Source: Fimbriimonadia bacterium
Lineage (GTDB): Bacteria > Armatimonadota > Fimbriimonadia > Fimbriimonadales > JABRVX01
Length of the DNA stretch: 64,000 bases
Reading direction: 5' to 3'
Assembly: GCA_041483895.1 (NCBI GenBank)
Contig: JBGPGO010000001.1
Coordinates: 460,583 to 524,582 of the forward strand
Shown here: positions 9,649-19,931 of the stretch, piece after piece
How the letters are laid out: each line of letters opens with the position of its first letter
Position numbering within the stretch: position 1 is the stretch's first letter
The notes under the pieces: model-generated
What the model was told of the DNA's origin: nothing
Databases searched by the model: none
Seen by the model: only the letters and a program-made list of their open reading frames with translations
Program-made: the position numbers and the translations under genes

Positions 9649-10376
9649 GTCTCTTGACCTCCTACCGTCGTACCGATTGACTCTCCCGAAAGCGCCCGTT
9701 GGATACTGTGCTCCTCATTGAGGGCGAACACAACGATGGGCAATTGGTGCTCTCGGCACATCGTGAACGCGGTCTGATCCATTACGGCGAGCCTGCGCTC
9801 AATAGCATCATCATACGACAGATATTGGTATTTTCTTGCATCCGAACTCTTGAGCGGGTCCTTATCGTACACGCCGTCCACTTTTGTAGCCTTGAATAGG
9901 GCGTCCGCTCCAATTTCCAGAGCGCGCAGGACTGCTGCTGTGTCGGTACTGAAAAACGGGTTTCCAGTTCCGGCGGCTAAGATAACGATGCGGCCCTTCT
10001 CAAGGTGCCGGATCGCGCGGCGGCGGATAAACGGCTCGGAAACCTCTCGAACGGCGATCGCGCTCTGCAGCCGCGTCACGACTCCCAACTTCTCCAGCGC
10101 CTGTTGGAGGGCAAGGGCATTGATGATCGTCCCCAGCATGCCCATATAGTCGGCGGTCGCCTGATCCGCGCCTTCCATGGACGCGGTGGCGCCGCGAATG
10201 ATGTTGCCGCCACCCACTACCAGAGCTATTTCTATGCCGAGAGACTGAGCCTCCTGGATTTTCCCTGCGATTCCGAAGACGGCAGACGTATCGATGCCAA
10301 ACCCGCGCTCCCCGGCGAGCGCCTCGCCGGACAGCTTGAGCAGAACTCGCTTGTACTTTGGGCCGGCATCCTCCAC
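9645..10376 (-). CDS. pyrH: UMP kinase
   Basis: [34 protein letters not shown]. Confidence 0.97.
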   Translation of the reverse strand: MEDAGPKYKRVLLKLSGEALAGERGFGIDTSAVFGIAGKIQEAQSLGIEIALVVGGGNIIRGATASMEGADQATADYMGMLGTIINALALQQALEKLGVVTRLQSAIAVREVSEPFIRRRAIRHLEKGRIVILAAGTGNPFFSTDTAAVLRALEIGADALFKATKVDGVYDKDPLKSSDARKYQYLSYDDAIERRLAVMDQTAFTMCREHQLPIVVFALNEEHSIQRALSGESIGTTVGGQET

Positions 10377-10381
10377 GCCCG

Positions 10382-11224
10382 TTAACCCCCTACTGCAAAT
10401 CGTGTAAAGCCAACTACGGATACGCCCGGAACCTTTTCGACCATCTCTCGCACGGTCTGCGACTGTCCGAGATAGCCCTGCTCCAACAGGCAGACGGCCT
10501 GGAGGAAGTTCTTGTTGACCCGTCCCTGGGCGATCTGCTCCGCGGCGGCCTCCGGTTTTCCATCGTTCATCGCGCGGGCCTTTTCTATTTCCAGCTCCCG
10601 TTTCAGCCGGTCCTGATCGACGTCGTCTCGGCTGACAAATTCCGGCGCGGCCCAGGCGACATGGATGCCGATTTGGTGGGCAAGCTCGACAGCGGCATCG
10701 CTCGTGATGCCACCTAATTCGACCAGAACACCTTTCGTCTTGTCGTGATGGATGTAGGTGTCCACCAGCCCTTCCGGCGCCTGCCGAACCTTGACGTTCC
10801 CCAACTCGATTTTCTCGCCGATCTTGCCCACAGCGCTCGTAATCGCGGCCTCGACCGTACCGCCGGCGAGCGACAGGGCAAGAACCTCTTCGCGCGTCGC
10901 GCCGTCATTGGCCGAAGTCAAGGCAACGTCGGCGATCTGCTGCGCCAACTGAACGAAATCTGGATTTCGGGCAACGAAATCTGTTTCGCAACCCAAGGCG
11001 ACCAGGGCAGCCTTCCGTCGATCACCCGTCTCGGCGCTGGCAATCACGCCTGCGCTCGCCTCCCGGCCGGCGCGCTTGACCGCAACCGCGACTCCGCGCT
11101 CGCGCAGAAGCTGTTTGGCCCTTTCGACGTCGCCTGCCGATTCGACCAAGGCCTTCTTGCAATCCATCATGGGAACCCCGGTGTCGTCCCGGAGCTCCTT
11201 TACCATCGCGGCAGTTACTTCCAT
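10382..11224 (-). CDS. tsf: translation elongation factor Ts
   Basis: [22 protein letters not shown]. Confidence 0.97.
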   Translation of the reverse strand: MEVTAAMVKELRDDTGVPMMDCKKALVESAGDVERAKQLLRERGVAVAVKRAGREASAGVIASAETGDRRKAALVALGCETDFVARNPDFVQLAQQIADVALTSANDGATREEVLALSLAGGTVEAAITSAVGKIGEKIELGNVKVRQAPEGLVDTYIHHDKTKGVLVELGGITSDAAVELAHQIGIHVAWAAPEFVSRDDVDQDRLKRELEIEKARAMNDGKPEAAAEQIAQGRVNKNFLQAVCLLEQGYLGQSQTVREMVEKVPGVSVVGFTRFAVGG

Positions 11225-12270
11225 TACTCCACTTCCTCTTTCCGTCGCGAGCGCCTCGGCTTTTCCTTCTCCTTCTCCGCTTCCGGCTCGGCCTTGACCT
11301 TGCCGGCGTCGCCTTGTTCTAACATCTTCTTCGCCAAATCTTCGGCTGTCAGTTTGGTCACGTCCTCTTCCGGTTTTGCCGGCGGCTCATCCACCAAGAA
11401 TTCTTCGTCGATCTTTTTCAGGAGAACATCCTCAAGCTGGACAACGTCTTGAGCGTCCAAGAACCCCGCTTTGGCGGCGAGAAGATCGCTGCTGATTTCA
11501 CCGTGCGGGATCGCTCCCTCTTGGAACGCCTCGGCGTCTTCCTCGGTCGCGGGCGTCTCTTCGCCCTCTTCCAGCAGCTCTTCTTCTGTATGAGGCAGAA
11601 CTTCGATGATTGAATCGGCGATTTTTCCCGCAACGAGCTTGATGGCGCGAATAGCGTCGTCGTTGCCTGGAATTACATAATCTACGTCGTCGGGATCACA
11701 ATTCGTATCAACGATTGCGACGATCGGGATGCCGAGCTTTTTGGCTTCGGCAACCGCGATGGCCTCTTTCTTGAGGTCCACGATGAACATCAGCTTGGGA
11801 AGGCTGGGCATATCCTTGATGCCGTCCAGATATCGATGAAGCCGGCCCAATTCGTCCCTTCGCAGCATCGCTTCCTTTTTGGGCAGGCGCGCCAGGAACC
11901 CGTCCGCGTCCATTCGCTCCAGATCCCGCAGGCGGGTTATGCGCTGCGCGATGGTTTTCCAATTCGTAAGCATTCCACCCAGCCATCGTTCGCAAACGAA
12001 ATACTGGCGGCACCGGACCGCCGCCTCTTTGACCGCCGATTGGGCCTGCTTCTTGGTGCCGACGAACAGAACGTGGCCGCCTTCGCTGATGCTGTTTTGA
12101 ACGTAGTTGACCGCGTCGTCGAACAGTTTTATGGTCTGGTGAAGGTCGATGATGTAGATGCCGCTGCGGGCGCCGTAGATATAGGGCTTCATTTTGGGGT
12201 TCCACTTGCGGGTTACGTGGCCGAAGTGGACGCCCGATTCCAGAAGCTCTTTCATGCTGAGAGCTGCCAA
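11224..12270 (-). CDS. rpsB: 30S ribosomal protein S2 with long acidic C-terminal tail
   Basis: [39 protein letters not shown] before TTG at 12270. Confidence 0.96.
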   Translation of the reverse strand: MAALSMKELLESGVHFGHVTRKWNPKMKPYIYGARSGIYIIDLHQTIKLFDDAVNYVQNSISEGGHVLFVGTKKQAQSAVKEAAVRCRQYFVCERWLGGMLTNWKTIAQRITRLRDLERMDADGFLARLPKKEAMLRRDELGRLHRYLDGIKDMPSLPKLMFIVDLKKEAIAVAEAKKLGIPIVAIVDTNCDPDDVDYVIPGNDDAIRAIKLVAGKIADSIIEVLPHTEEELLEEGEETPATEEDAEAFQEGAIPHGEISSDLLAAKAGFLDAQDVVQLEDVLLKKIDEEFLVDEPPAKPEEDVTKLTAEDLAKKMLEQGDAGKVKAEPEAEKEKEKPRRSRRKEEVE

Positions 12271-12281
12271 TTGATACTCCT

Positions 12282-12370
12282 TCGGGTTATTTCCTCCCGT
12301 GTCGGCCTGGTCCCGCCATTCCCGGTTGTCCCAGGACACCCTTGCGGGGGTCGATCGCGGTGCGTGATGG
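12282..12370 (-). promoter_or_regulatory. probable S2 (rpsB) autoregulatory leader RNA
   Basis: 5' UTR after TATACT -10 (12381-12376) contains GGGUG and ends GGAGGAAAUAACCC, resembling known rpsB leaders. Confidence 0.5.
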
Positions 12371-12426
12371 GGGTGAGTATACCGAAATGATTTGGTATCA
12401 TGCGCTGGACGCATTGAGTGTGGAAG

Positions 12427-12636
12427 ATGAATAAGTACGAGATCATCATTTTTTGGAGCGAGGAAGACGGTCGTTTCGTGGCCGAAGTGCCCGAATTGCC
12501 TGGATGCATGGCTGACGGCGAGACCCAACAGGAGGCCCTTGCCAGCGCGGAAGAGTCGACGAGACTTTGGATTGAGACGGCCCAAGAACTTGGCCGGGCC
12601 ATACCGCAACCCAAGGGCCGACTATGCTTCGCTTAG
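12427..12636 (+). CDS. hicB: HicB-family antitoxin (short, no adjacent hicA)
   Basis: [33 protein letters not shown] motif. Confidence 0.85.
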   Translation: MNKYEIIIFWSEEDGRFVAEVPELPGCMADGETQQEALASAEESTRLWIETAQELGRAIPQPKGRLCFA

Positions 12637-12677
12637 GCAGGCAGGGGTACAAAAGCAAGCGACGAAGCTGACTCTCT

Positions 12678-14813
12678 GTGTTCCAATCCCTCCTGATCGC
12701 CACATCCCTTCTGGTCAACCCGACGCAGAGCCTTTTCGCCGGTCATCCTGACTGGCTGCTGGATCCGGCCCCATACAAGACCAAGATCACTGTAACGCCC
12801 GATAAACGGGCAATCACGCTCACAAACGGTCTGATCAAGCGCGTCTGGCGGCTGACCCCGAATGCCGCCACAGTGGCTCTCGATAACCTGATGACCTGCG
12901 AATCGATGCTCCGGGCGGTGAAGCCGGAGGCAAAACTGACCCTCGATGGGAAGGAATACTCGGTAGGCGGCCTGATCGGGCAGCCAAATCTGGCCTACCT
13001 GCGACCGGAATGGCTGGACCAATTGAAAGCGGACCCGAACGCCCTGCAATTCACCGGATGGGACCGGGCGCCGGTCGAGGAGCGGTTCGCTTGGAAGCGG
13101 GTCCGTCACGCGGCGAACATGCCCTGGCCACCGCCGGGTCAGGGTCTCGTTTTTCACTTCCAAGGACCGAACCAGCTAGCCGTAGATGTTCACTATGAGA
13201 TGTACGACGGAATACCCTTGGTTGCCAAGTGGGTGCTGCTCAACAATGGCGGCGTCAAGGCGGTACGGCTCGATCGGTTCACTTCCGAGGTGTTGGCGTT
13301 TGCCGAATTTGAGTCTGCGGTGGGTGAGCAGAAGCACTGGGACAGCCCGAATGTGTACGTGTTCAGCGACTACGCCTTCGGCGGCGATACGACCAAGAAC
13401 GCCAACCACACAACCTTCTGGGAGACGGACCCCAGCTATCAATCGCAGGTCAACTACGACCTTAAGACCCCCAACACGCTGGAATCTCGGCCTCCGCTTG
13501 GACCTGCCATGGACATCCCTCCCGGCGGCTCCTTCGAGACCTTCCGGACCTTCGAGCTGCTCTACGATTCGACGGAACGAGAGCGCAAAGGTCTCGACGT
13601 GCGCCGGGCTTACAAAACCTTGGCTCCGTGGGTCACGGAAAGCCCTCTCATGCTCCACCTCACCTCAACCGACCCGCAGGTCGTCCATCGCGCAATCGAT
13701 CAATGCGCGGAGGTCGGCTTCGAGATGGTGATCTTCAGCTTCGGCAGCGGGCTGAATATGGAAGACGATTCTGAGGTCAACATTCGAAAATTCAGAGAGT
13801 TCTCGGACTATGCGCACTCCAAGGGGTTGCAAATTGGCGGCTATTCACTGCTCGCAAGCCGCCGGATCAGCGACGAGGACGACGTGATCGATCCCGAGAC
13901 CAAGAAGCCGGGCAAGGCAATCTTCGGCAACTCCCCCTGCCTTGGGAGCCGTTGGGCGGATCGCTATTTCGCGGCGCTGCGAACGTTCCTGGTAGGGACC
14001 CATTTCGACCTGTTGGAACATGACGGCAGCTATCCGGGAGACGTATGCGCCTCGACGACCCATCCGGGTCATAAGGGCTTGGAAGATTCGCAATGGACCC
14101 AATTTCAGAAAATCGTGGAGTTCTATCGCTGGTGCCGAGCGCAAGGCATCTTCTTGAATGTCCCGGATTGGTATTTTCTGGAAGGGTCGAACAAGTCCGG
14201 AATGGGATACCGGGAAACCAACTGGTCGCTTCCGCGCGAAGAGCAGATTGTGCTCGCTCGCCAAAACATGTACGACGGCACCTGGGAAAAGACTCCTACG
14301 ATGGGTTGGATGTTCTGTCCGCTCGTTGAGTATCAGGGCGGCGGCGCCGCCGCGACGATTGAGCCGCTTAGCGAGCATTTGGATGCTTACGGAGCGCATT
14401 TGCGCAACTATGTCGGCTTCGGGGTGCAGGCCTGCTACCGGGGTCCGCGGCTGTACGATTCGCCGAAAACGGAGGCGCTCGTCAAGAAATGGGTCTCGTT
14501 CTTCAAGGAGCATCGAGACATTCTGGAGTGCGACATCGTGCACGTGCGGCGCGCGAACGGACGCGATCTGGACATCATCTTGCACGTCAATCCCAAATTG
14601 ACGACCAAAGGGTTTGCCATGATTTACAACCCCACCTCCGATCCGATAACGGAAGAAGTAATGCTTTCCAGCTATTACACCGGCTTGAGCCAAAACGCCA
14701 CGATTCAAATTCAGGATGGCAAGGCGAAGACCGTTCCCATCGATCCTTCGGGCCGGATTCATCTGTCTGTGACGGTTCCATCCCAAGGCGCTATTTGGCT
14801 GACGATACGGTAA
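12678..14813 (+). CDS. secreted alpha-galactosidase-like (GH36/clan D-like) glycoside hydrolase
   Basis: Signal peptide; N-terminal beta-sandwich, SFGSG and EHDGSYPG segments resembling the uncharacterised alpha-galactosidase family. Confidence 0.6.
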   Translation: MFQSLLIATSLLVNPTQSLFAGHPDWLLDPAPYKTKITVTPDKRAITLTNGLIKRVWRLTPNAATVALDNLMTCESMLRAVKPEAKLTLDGKEYSVGGLIGQPNLAYLRPEWLDQLKADPNALQFTGWDRAPVEERFAWKRVRHAANMPWPPPGQGLVFHFQGPNQLAVDVHYEMYDGIPLVAKWVLLNNGGVKAVRLDRFTSEVLAFAEFESAVGEQKHWDSPNVYVFSDYAFGGDTTKNANHTTFWETDPSYQSQVNYDLKTPNTLESRPPLGPAMDIPPGGSFETFRTFELLYDSTERERKGLDVRRAYKTLAPWVTESPLMLHLTSTDPQVVHRAIDQCAEVGFEMVIFSFGSGLNMEDDSEVNIRKFREFSDYAHSKGLQIGGYSLLASRRISDEDDVIDPETKKPGKAIFGNSPCLGSRWADRYFAALRTFLVGTHFDLLEHDGSYPGDVCASTTHPGHKGLEDSQWTQFQKIVEFYRWCRAQGIFLNVPDWYFLEGSNKSGMGYRETNWSLPREEQIVLARQNMYDGTWEKTPTMGWMFCPLVEYQGGGAAATIEPLSEHLDAYGAHLRNYVGFGVQACYRGPRLYDSPKTEALVKKWVSFFKEHRDILECDIVHVRRANGRDLDIILHVNPKLTTKGFAMIYNPTSDPITEEVMLSSYYTGLSQNATIQIQDGKAKTVPIDPSGRIHLSVTVPSQGAIWLTIR

Positions 14814-14899
14814 GGATGCGGAACTGAGACAATTCTTATCTTGTTTGAGCTATCGAGCACCGATTTGCGGTGCGGCGCGATAGGTTGGAAGGAGAACAT

Positions 14900-17833
14900 A
14901 TGCGTAATCTGCTGGCCCTGGCGGTCGGTGTATCCGCCATGGCGTCTGCGTTGGCGTTGCCGAGAGCAGCCGCCATCCTCGATTTTCACAAGATCAATCC
15001 AAATGCCAAGTTCTACATGGACGGCGCAAGCATCCGCCGGGTTTATGGTCCGGCCTTTGCAACAGGCATCAACGCCGAGGATACTGCCATTCGGTTCCTG
15101 AAGAGTTATAGCTCCATGTTCGGCGTTGCCGCCGTTGATTTGCATCCCACGCTGACCACGGACCTCATGCGAGGCAAGTTCACGATGATCCGATACGAGC
15201 AGCGTTACTACGGCATTCCCGTTCATGGCGCCTATCTGACTCTGGTGATGCGGACCGATGCGAACAACAGCATGGTGCTCGCTTCCAACTATCTCAAGCC
15301 GATCGCCGGCAGCGTGCCGCCTCCCTATGCGGTGTCTTCCGATGATGTCCTTACTCGTTGGCGTCCCTGGTTCGTCGACTTCACATTTTCGACTCCAGCA
15401 CCGGTCGTCTACATTGAAGACAATGGGCGCGCGAAGTTCGGATATCAATTCACGGTCAGAAACACCAACGCGGTTTATCCCGAGAAGTATCTCGTAATCG
15501 TCGATGGTTCCGACCCGAAAGCCTCGATCCTGTTCCAAGAATCGCGCATCTATGATGATGATGTTTCCGGATCTGTTCAGGGTTGGGCGACTCCGGGCGA
15601 CCTGCCGGATGTTGCGACCAACCTGCCGACATTGCAGCCCATTGATGGCATGAGGGTAAAAGTTGCGGGCGGCAACACCGGCCAATCCGATCTAAGTGGC
15701 CTGTTCACCATCGTGAACGCAGGCAGCTCCCCGGTGGACGTCAGCGCAAATGTCACGGGTCCCGGATCGACGGTCGGCGGACAATGGGTCTGGATTGATG
15801 ACCAGCAGGGCGTCGAAATGTCGCTTTCCCAAAACGTTACTCCTCCGGGACCGGCGGACTTCATCTTCAATTCCAGTCCGACCCAATTCACCACGGCCCA
15901 GATAAACGCATTCATCTGGGTGCCGAGAACTCACAACATGGTGAAAGCAACTGATCCAACATACCCAGGCATCGACGTCCAAATGCGTGCGAACGTGAAC
16001 TTGACTAGTACCTGCAACGCTTTTTATGACGGCGCGTCGGTCAACTTTTATAACGCGGGCGGCGGATGTCCGAATACGGCCTATTCCACGGTCATGGCCC
16101 ACGAATACGGTCATCACATCGTGGCGAGTGGACACGCGAATCCATCGGGAGACTTCCATGAAGGCGTCGCCGATGTTACCGCGGAGCTGCTGATCGACAG
16201 CGACTGTCTTGGTCGTGGATTCCAGGGAGGTACGGGGTGCCTTCGCAGTGGCTACAACAGCGTCAAATACCCTTGCAGCGGTGAAGTGCACACCTGCGGA
16301 GAGGTCATGTCTGGGGCATATTGGTTGACCCGCGACCAGATGAAAATCACGGAACCCGTCAACTATCTCAGCATCATGCGCGACCTCTATGTATTCATGA
16401 TCAAGATGTCGCCGACTATCGATCCTAGTATTACTGTCGACGTTCTCACATTGGACGACGACAACGGCGATATCGACGATGGAACGCCGCACTACAATGA
16501 AATCGCCGCTGGGTTCGGTGCAAAGAACCTCACGGCGCCGCCATTGGTCTATCTGGACTTTACCTATCCCGACGGCAAGCCGGAGCTCGTCAGTCCCGCA
16601 GGCGGAACCCGAATGCGAGTTATCGTGTCGGGCCACGTCAAGACGCCTCAGCCGGGCACCGGCAAACTGTATTACAGCACCGGCGGATCCTACACCGCGA
16701 TCCCAATGGAGGAGGTCTCCTCGAATGTCTACGACGCCGTCTTCCCATCGCTGCCGTGCGGATCAACGGTAAAGTACTACGTCAATGCCCAGACGACCGA
16801 TGCGACAGAGGCATTCGACCCAACCAACGCCCCGACCGGCTATTACAGGACGATCAGCGCTTACGGATTGACGCCCTACTTCGACGACAACTTTGAAACC
16901 GATCAAGGTTGGACTGTATCCAATAGCGGCGCCACCACAGGCATCTGGGCTCGCGGTACTCCGGCGGGAGGAGGAGCGCGAGGCGACAATCCGACGGACT
17001 ACAACGGTTCGGGCCAATGCTATTGCACGGACCCGGCAGCCGGCGATACCGACGTTGACGGCGGGACGACTCGCCTGATTTCGCCGACCTTTAATCTCGC
17101 TGGTACCAATGCGATCATCAGCTACGCCCGCTGGTACTCCAACAGTTTTGGTGGCGACCCGCATAACGACACCATGACGGTTCAAATAACCAACAACGGT
17201 ACCCTTTGGACTACTGTGGAGACTGTCGGCCCGGTCAATCAGGCAGACGGCGGTTGGTTCACCAATTCGTTCAAAGTGAGCGATTACATCACCCCTTCGG
17301 CAACGATAAAAGTGAGATTCAATGCTTCCGATCTCGGCTCAGGCTCGGTTGTTGAGGCTGCCGTCGACGCTTTCAAGGTTGAAACTTTGAATTGCACACC
17401 GTCGAACAGCCTGTTCGGTCATATCGATCTCGATCTGCTCTCTGCCTCGCCATCCGGCCAGGCCGTGACGATCGAGTTCCGGACACCGAACACCGCCACC
17501 GTAGTTGCCAGCTATCCGGTCGTCCTCGACAGTTTGGGAAACTACAACATCCCGTCCGTTGTCGGTGGCACATACGACATCGCCGCCAAGGGTGCGAATT
17601 GGCTGCGTCAGAAGCTGCTGTCTCAGACCGTTAGCGGCACGACTGAGGCGAACTTCGCGCTGATCAACGGAGACGCGGATCCAAACAATGCGGTGGATCT
17701 TGGTGACATGAACAAGGTGTTCATAAACTTTGCAAACCCAGGCGGCGACGGGGACATCAATTGGGATGGAATCGTCGGCGTGGAGGATCTGTCGATCATC
17801 TTCATTGAGTTTGGAGCGAACGGCGATTCCTAG
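14900..17833 (+). CDS. secreted thermolysin/fungalysin-like (M4/M36) metallopeptidase with C-terminal dockerin-like tail
   Basis: RBS ggaaggag; signal peptide; FTP-like propeptide; NAFYDG, HEYGH, EGVAD, EVH; terminal GDAD..N.VD..D / GDINWDG.V..ED repeats. Confidence 0.8.
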   Translation: MRNLLALAVGVSAMASALALPRAAAILDFHKINPNAKFYMDGASIRRVYGPAFATGINAEDTAIRFLKSYSSMFGVAAVDLHPTLTTDLMRGKFTMIRYEQRYYGIPVHGAYLTLVMRTDANNSMVLASNYLKPIAGSVPPPYAVSSDDVLTRWRPWFVDFTFSTPAPVVYIEDNGRAKFGYQFTVRNTNAVYPEKYLVIVDGSDPKASILFQESRIYDDDVSGSVQGWATPGDLPDVATNLPTLQPIDGMRVKVAGGNTGQSDLSGLFTIVNAGSSPVDVSANVTGPGSTVGGQWVWIDDQQGVEMSLSQNVTPPGPADFIFNSSPTQFTTAQINAFIWVPRTHNMVKATDPTYPGIDVQMRANVNLTSTCNAFYDGASVNFYNAGGGCPNTAYSTVMAHEYGHHIVASGHANPSGDFHEGVADVTAELLIDSDCLGRGFQGGTGCLRSGYNSVKYPCSGEVHTCGEVMSGAYWLTRDQMKITEPVNYLSIMRDLYVFMIKMSPTIDPSITVDVLTLDDDNGDIDDGTPHYNEIAAGFGAKNLTAPPLVYLDFTYPDGKPELVSPAGGTRMRVIVSGHVKTPQPGTGKLYYSTGGSYTAIPMEEVSSNVYDAVFPSLPCGSTVKYYVNAQTTDATEAFDPTNAPTGYYRTISAYGLTPYFDDNFETDQGWTVSNSGATTGIWARGTPAGGGARGDNPTDYNGSGQCYCTDPAAGDTDVDGGTTRLISPTFNLAGTNAIISYARWYSNSFGGDPHNDTMTVQITNNGTLWTTVETVGPVNQADGGWFTNSFKVSDYITPSATIKVRFNASDLGSGSVVEAAVDAFKVETLNCTPSNSLFGHIDLDLLSASPSGQAVTIEFRTPNTATVVASYPVVLDSLGNYNIPSVVGGTYDIAAKGANWLRQKLLSQTVSGTTEANFALINGDADPNNAVDLGDMNKVFINFANPGGDGDINWDGIVGVEDLSIIFIEFGANGDS

Positions 17834-17852
17834 CAAGTACACCTAAGACGAG

Positions 17853-17881
17853 AGGCCGGGGCATACCGCTCCGGCCTTTTC
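17853..17881 (+). terminator. intrinsic terminator
   Basis: aggccggggc-atacc-gctccggcct followed by T run after stop. Confidence 0.75.
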
Positions 17882-17984
17882 GCTATATAATCATGCTGAC
17901 GGAATCGGTGGTCCGAACGTCAGAACTGATAGAGGCTCGATACCCAATTTGAGGTAGATCGAATAGGCTCGTGGAGGCGGAGAG

Positions 17985-19835
17985 ATGAATCCAGTACGAT
18001 TTCGATGGCAGTGGGTAATCGCCGGCACGATTTCGCTGTTTGCGATCGGGTTGGCAGACGGTGTGTACGGACAGGCTTCATCCGGTCACGGCGGAGGCAA
18101 ATCCGACATCGGTGGAAAGTCGGATGGAGGCAAGTCTTCGGGTGGGGGTAAGTCCGAAGGCACAAGATCATCCGGCGGCTCCGGTACGGTTTCCGGCTCA
18201 CGCGGTGGCGGTCAGGGCAGCGGCTCCGGTACGGTTTCCGGCTCACGCGGCGGCGGCTCCAACGGCGGCGGACAAGGCACCGGCTCCGGTACGGTTTCCG
18301 GCTCACGCGGCGGCGGCTCCAACGGCGGCGGACAAGGCAGCGGCACCGTTTCTGGCTCACGCGGCGGTGGGTCCAATGGAGGCGGTCAGGGCAGCGGCTC
18401 CGGCACGGTTTCCGGCTCACGCGGCGGTGGTTCCACCGGTGGCGGCTCCGGCACCGTTTCTGGCTCACGCGGTGGAGGCTCCAACAGTGGCGGCCAGGGC
18501 AGCGGCTCTGGCACCATTTCCGGCTCACGCGGCGGTGGCCCCAACGGCGGCGGACAGGGCAGCGGCTCCGGCACTGTTTCCGGTTCACGCGGCGGCAGTA
18601 ACCAAGGCAGCGGCACGGTTTCGGGCTCGCGCGGCAACGGTCAAAGCGGGGGCTCCGGCACGGTGTCCGGTTCACGCGGTGGCGGCTCCAACGGAGGTGG
18701 CCAAGGAACCATCGGCGGACGCGATACTGGCGGCACTCACTCCAGCGGTCAAGGCACAATCGGTGGTCGCGACAGTGGCGGTAACCAGGGCGGAGGCCAA
18801 GGAACCATCGGCGGACGCGATACCGGAAGCCAGGGCACAATCGGTGGCCGCGACACCAGCGGTAGCCACAAGGGCGACATGAATCGCGGCGGCTCCAATG
18901 ACGGCCAGTTCAGCCACGGCGGACGCCAAGGCGGTGACGGCGGACGCGACAGCGGAAATAAGAGCGGCGCCGACATCCAAGGCAGGCAGGGCGGCTACCG
19001 AATGGGCAGCGACAAAGGCCAAAAGGGTGGATGGTCCGATCGCGTCCAACCCGGAATGGACTACCGCAAGACCAACGAGATCAAAGGCATCATCGCGCCC
19101 AGCAAGTTGGGGGACCACAACCGGACCGGCAAAGGGGACGGGACCTACAAGCGCGGCGGCTTCGGTTCCATCGAGCGCGGCAATCGCAACCACGGCGTCA
19201 TCATCAACACCGACGGATGGCGACACGGCTTTTGGGGCTGGAATCGCAGCTGGCGGGATGACTTCTGGTTCTGGGACTACTACTGCTACTCGCCGATTAT
19301 CAATTTCTGCTCGCCGTCGATCTACTACTGGTATGGATCCTGCCCGCCCTATCTATGGTATGCGCGGCTGGTCATCCGTCCGTATCCGATCATAATATAT
19401 GTTGAGCGGCCTTGCAGTTGGCAATATGTCAGCACGGGATACTATCTGGAGCGCCCTTCGTACACGCCGCTGGATCAGGCGATCTCGGATATCGTGGATG
19501 CGTGGAAGTATCAGGATCCCAATCGCATGGAGCGGCACATGGATACGAACCACCAAGTGGCCGTCTTCCTGAATGGTGATTACTCCTATTCAATGGAAGG
19601 GTATGACTTCGCCGCCGTGACCCGCGATGCGGTCTCCACCGTGCGAACCAAGTCGTTCACCGTGGACAATGTTGCCTATCGCACGGACAACATGGTAGTC
19701 ATACATGCCACTCATACGTTCGTAAATCCCGATGACTACTATGAGACGGTGTACGTCGCCTATACATTGGAGCGCATCGGCAACCAGTGGATTATCACGG
19801 AGGCCGGCAGCAGCCACGATCCGTTGAGTAAGTAA
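17985..19835 (+). CDS. secreted Gly/Ser-rich repeat protein with aromatic-rich segment and globular (NTF2-like?) C-terminus
   Basis: Signal peptide; 10 x GT[VI]SGSRG and 4 x QGTIGGRD; W/Y-rich stretch; RBS and terminator present. Confidence 0.8.
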   Translation: MNPVRFRWQWVIAGTISLFAIGLADGVYGQASSGHGGGKSDIGGKSDGGKSSGGGKSEGTRSSGGSGTVSGSRGGGQGSGSGTVSGSRGGGSNGGGQGTGSGTVSGSRGGGSNGGGQGSGTVSGSRGGGSNGGGQGSGSGTVSGSRGGGSTGGGSGTVSGSRGGGSNSGGQGSGSGTISGSRGGGPNGGGQGSGSGTVSGSRGGSNQGSGTVSGSRGNGQSGGSGTVSGSRGGGSNGGGQGTIGGRDTGGTHSSGQGTIGGRDSGGNQGGGQGTIGGRDTGSQGTIGGRDTSGSHKGDMNRGGSNDGQFSHGGRQGGDGGRDSGNKSGADIQGRQGGYRMGSDKGQKGGWSDRVQPGMDYRKTNEIKGIIAPSKLGDHNRTGKGDGTYKRGGFGSIERGNRNHGVIINTDGWRHGFWGWNRSWRDDFWFWDYYCYSPIINFCSPSIYYWYGSCPPYLWYARLVIRPYPIIIYVERPCSWQYVSTGYYLERPSYTPLDQAISDIVDAWKYQDPNRMERHMDTNHQVAVFLNGDYSYSMEGYDFAAVTRDAVSTVRTKSFTVDNVAYRTDNMVVIHATHTFVNPDDYYETVYVAYTLERIGNQWIITEAGSSHDPLSK

Positions 19836-19850
19836 CTCGACTCGAAGAAC

Positions 19851-19889
19851 GGCTCCGCGACACCGTCGCGGGGCCCTTTTCCTTTTTTT
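19851..19889 (+). terminator. intrinsic terminator
   Basis: ggctccgcgac-acc-gtcgcggggcc followed by T-rich run. Confidence 0.8.
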
Positions 19890-19931
19890 ATCCCTCAACT
19901 GGAGTGGACTGCTCCGGTTTTTTGATCCATT

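Noticed and set aside
12271..12609. N-terminal extensions in the ORF track (rpsB; likewise rbsA to 41187, moeB to 47205, ilvC to 52467, gbsR to 63928)
   Set aside because: They overlap other genes or repeats; better starts with RBS or -10 signals exist downstream.
18170..18860. Regular DNA repeats as CRISPR or non-coding array
   Set aside because: They are in-frame coding repeats with synonymous variation inside the Gly-rich gene.
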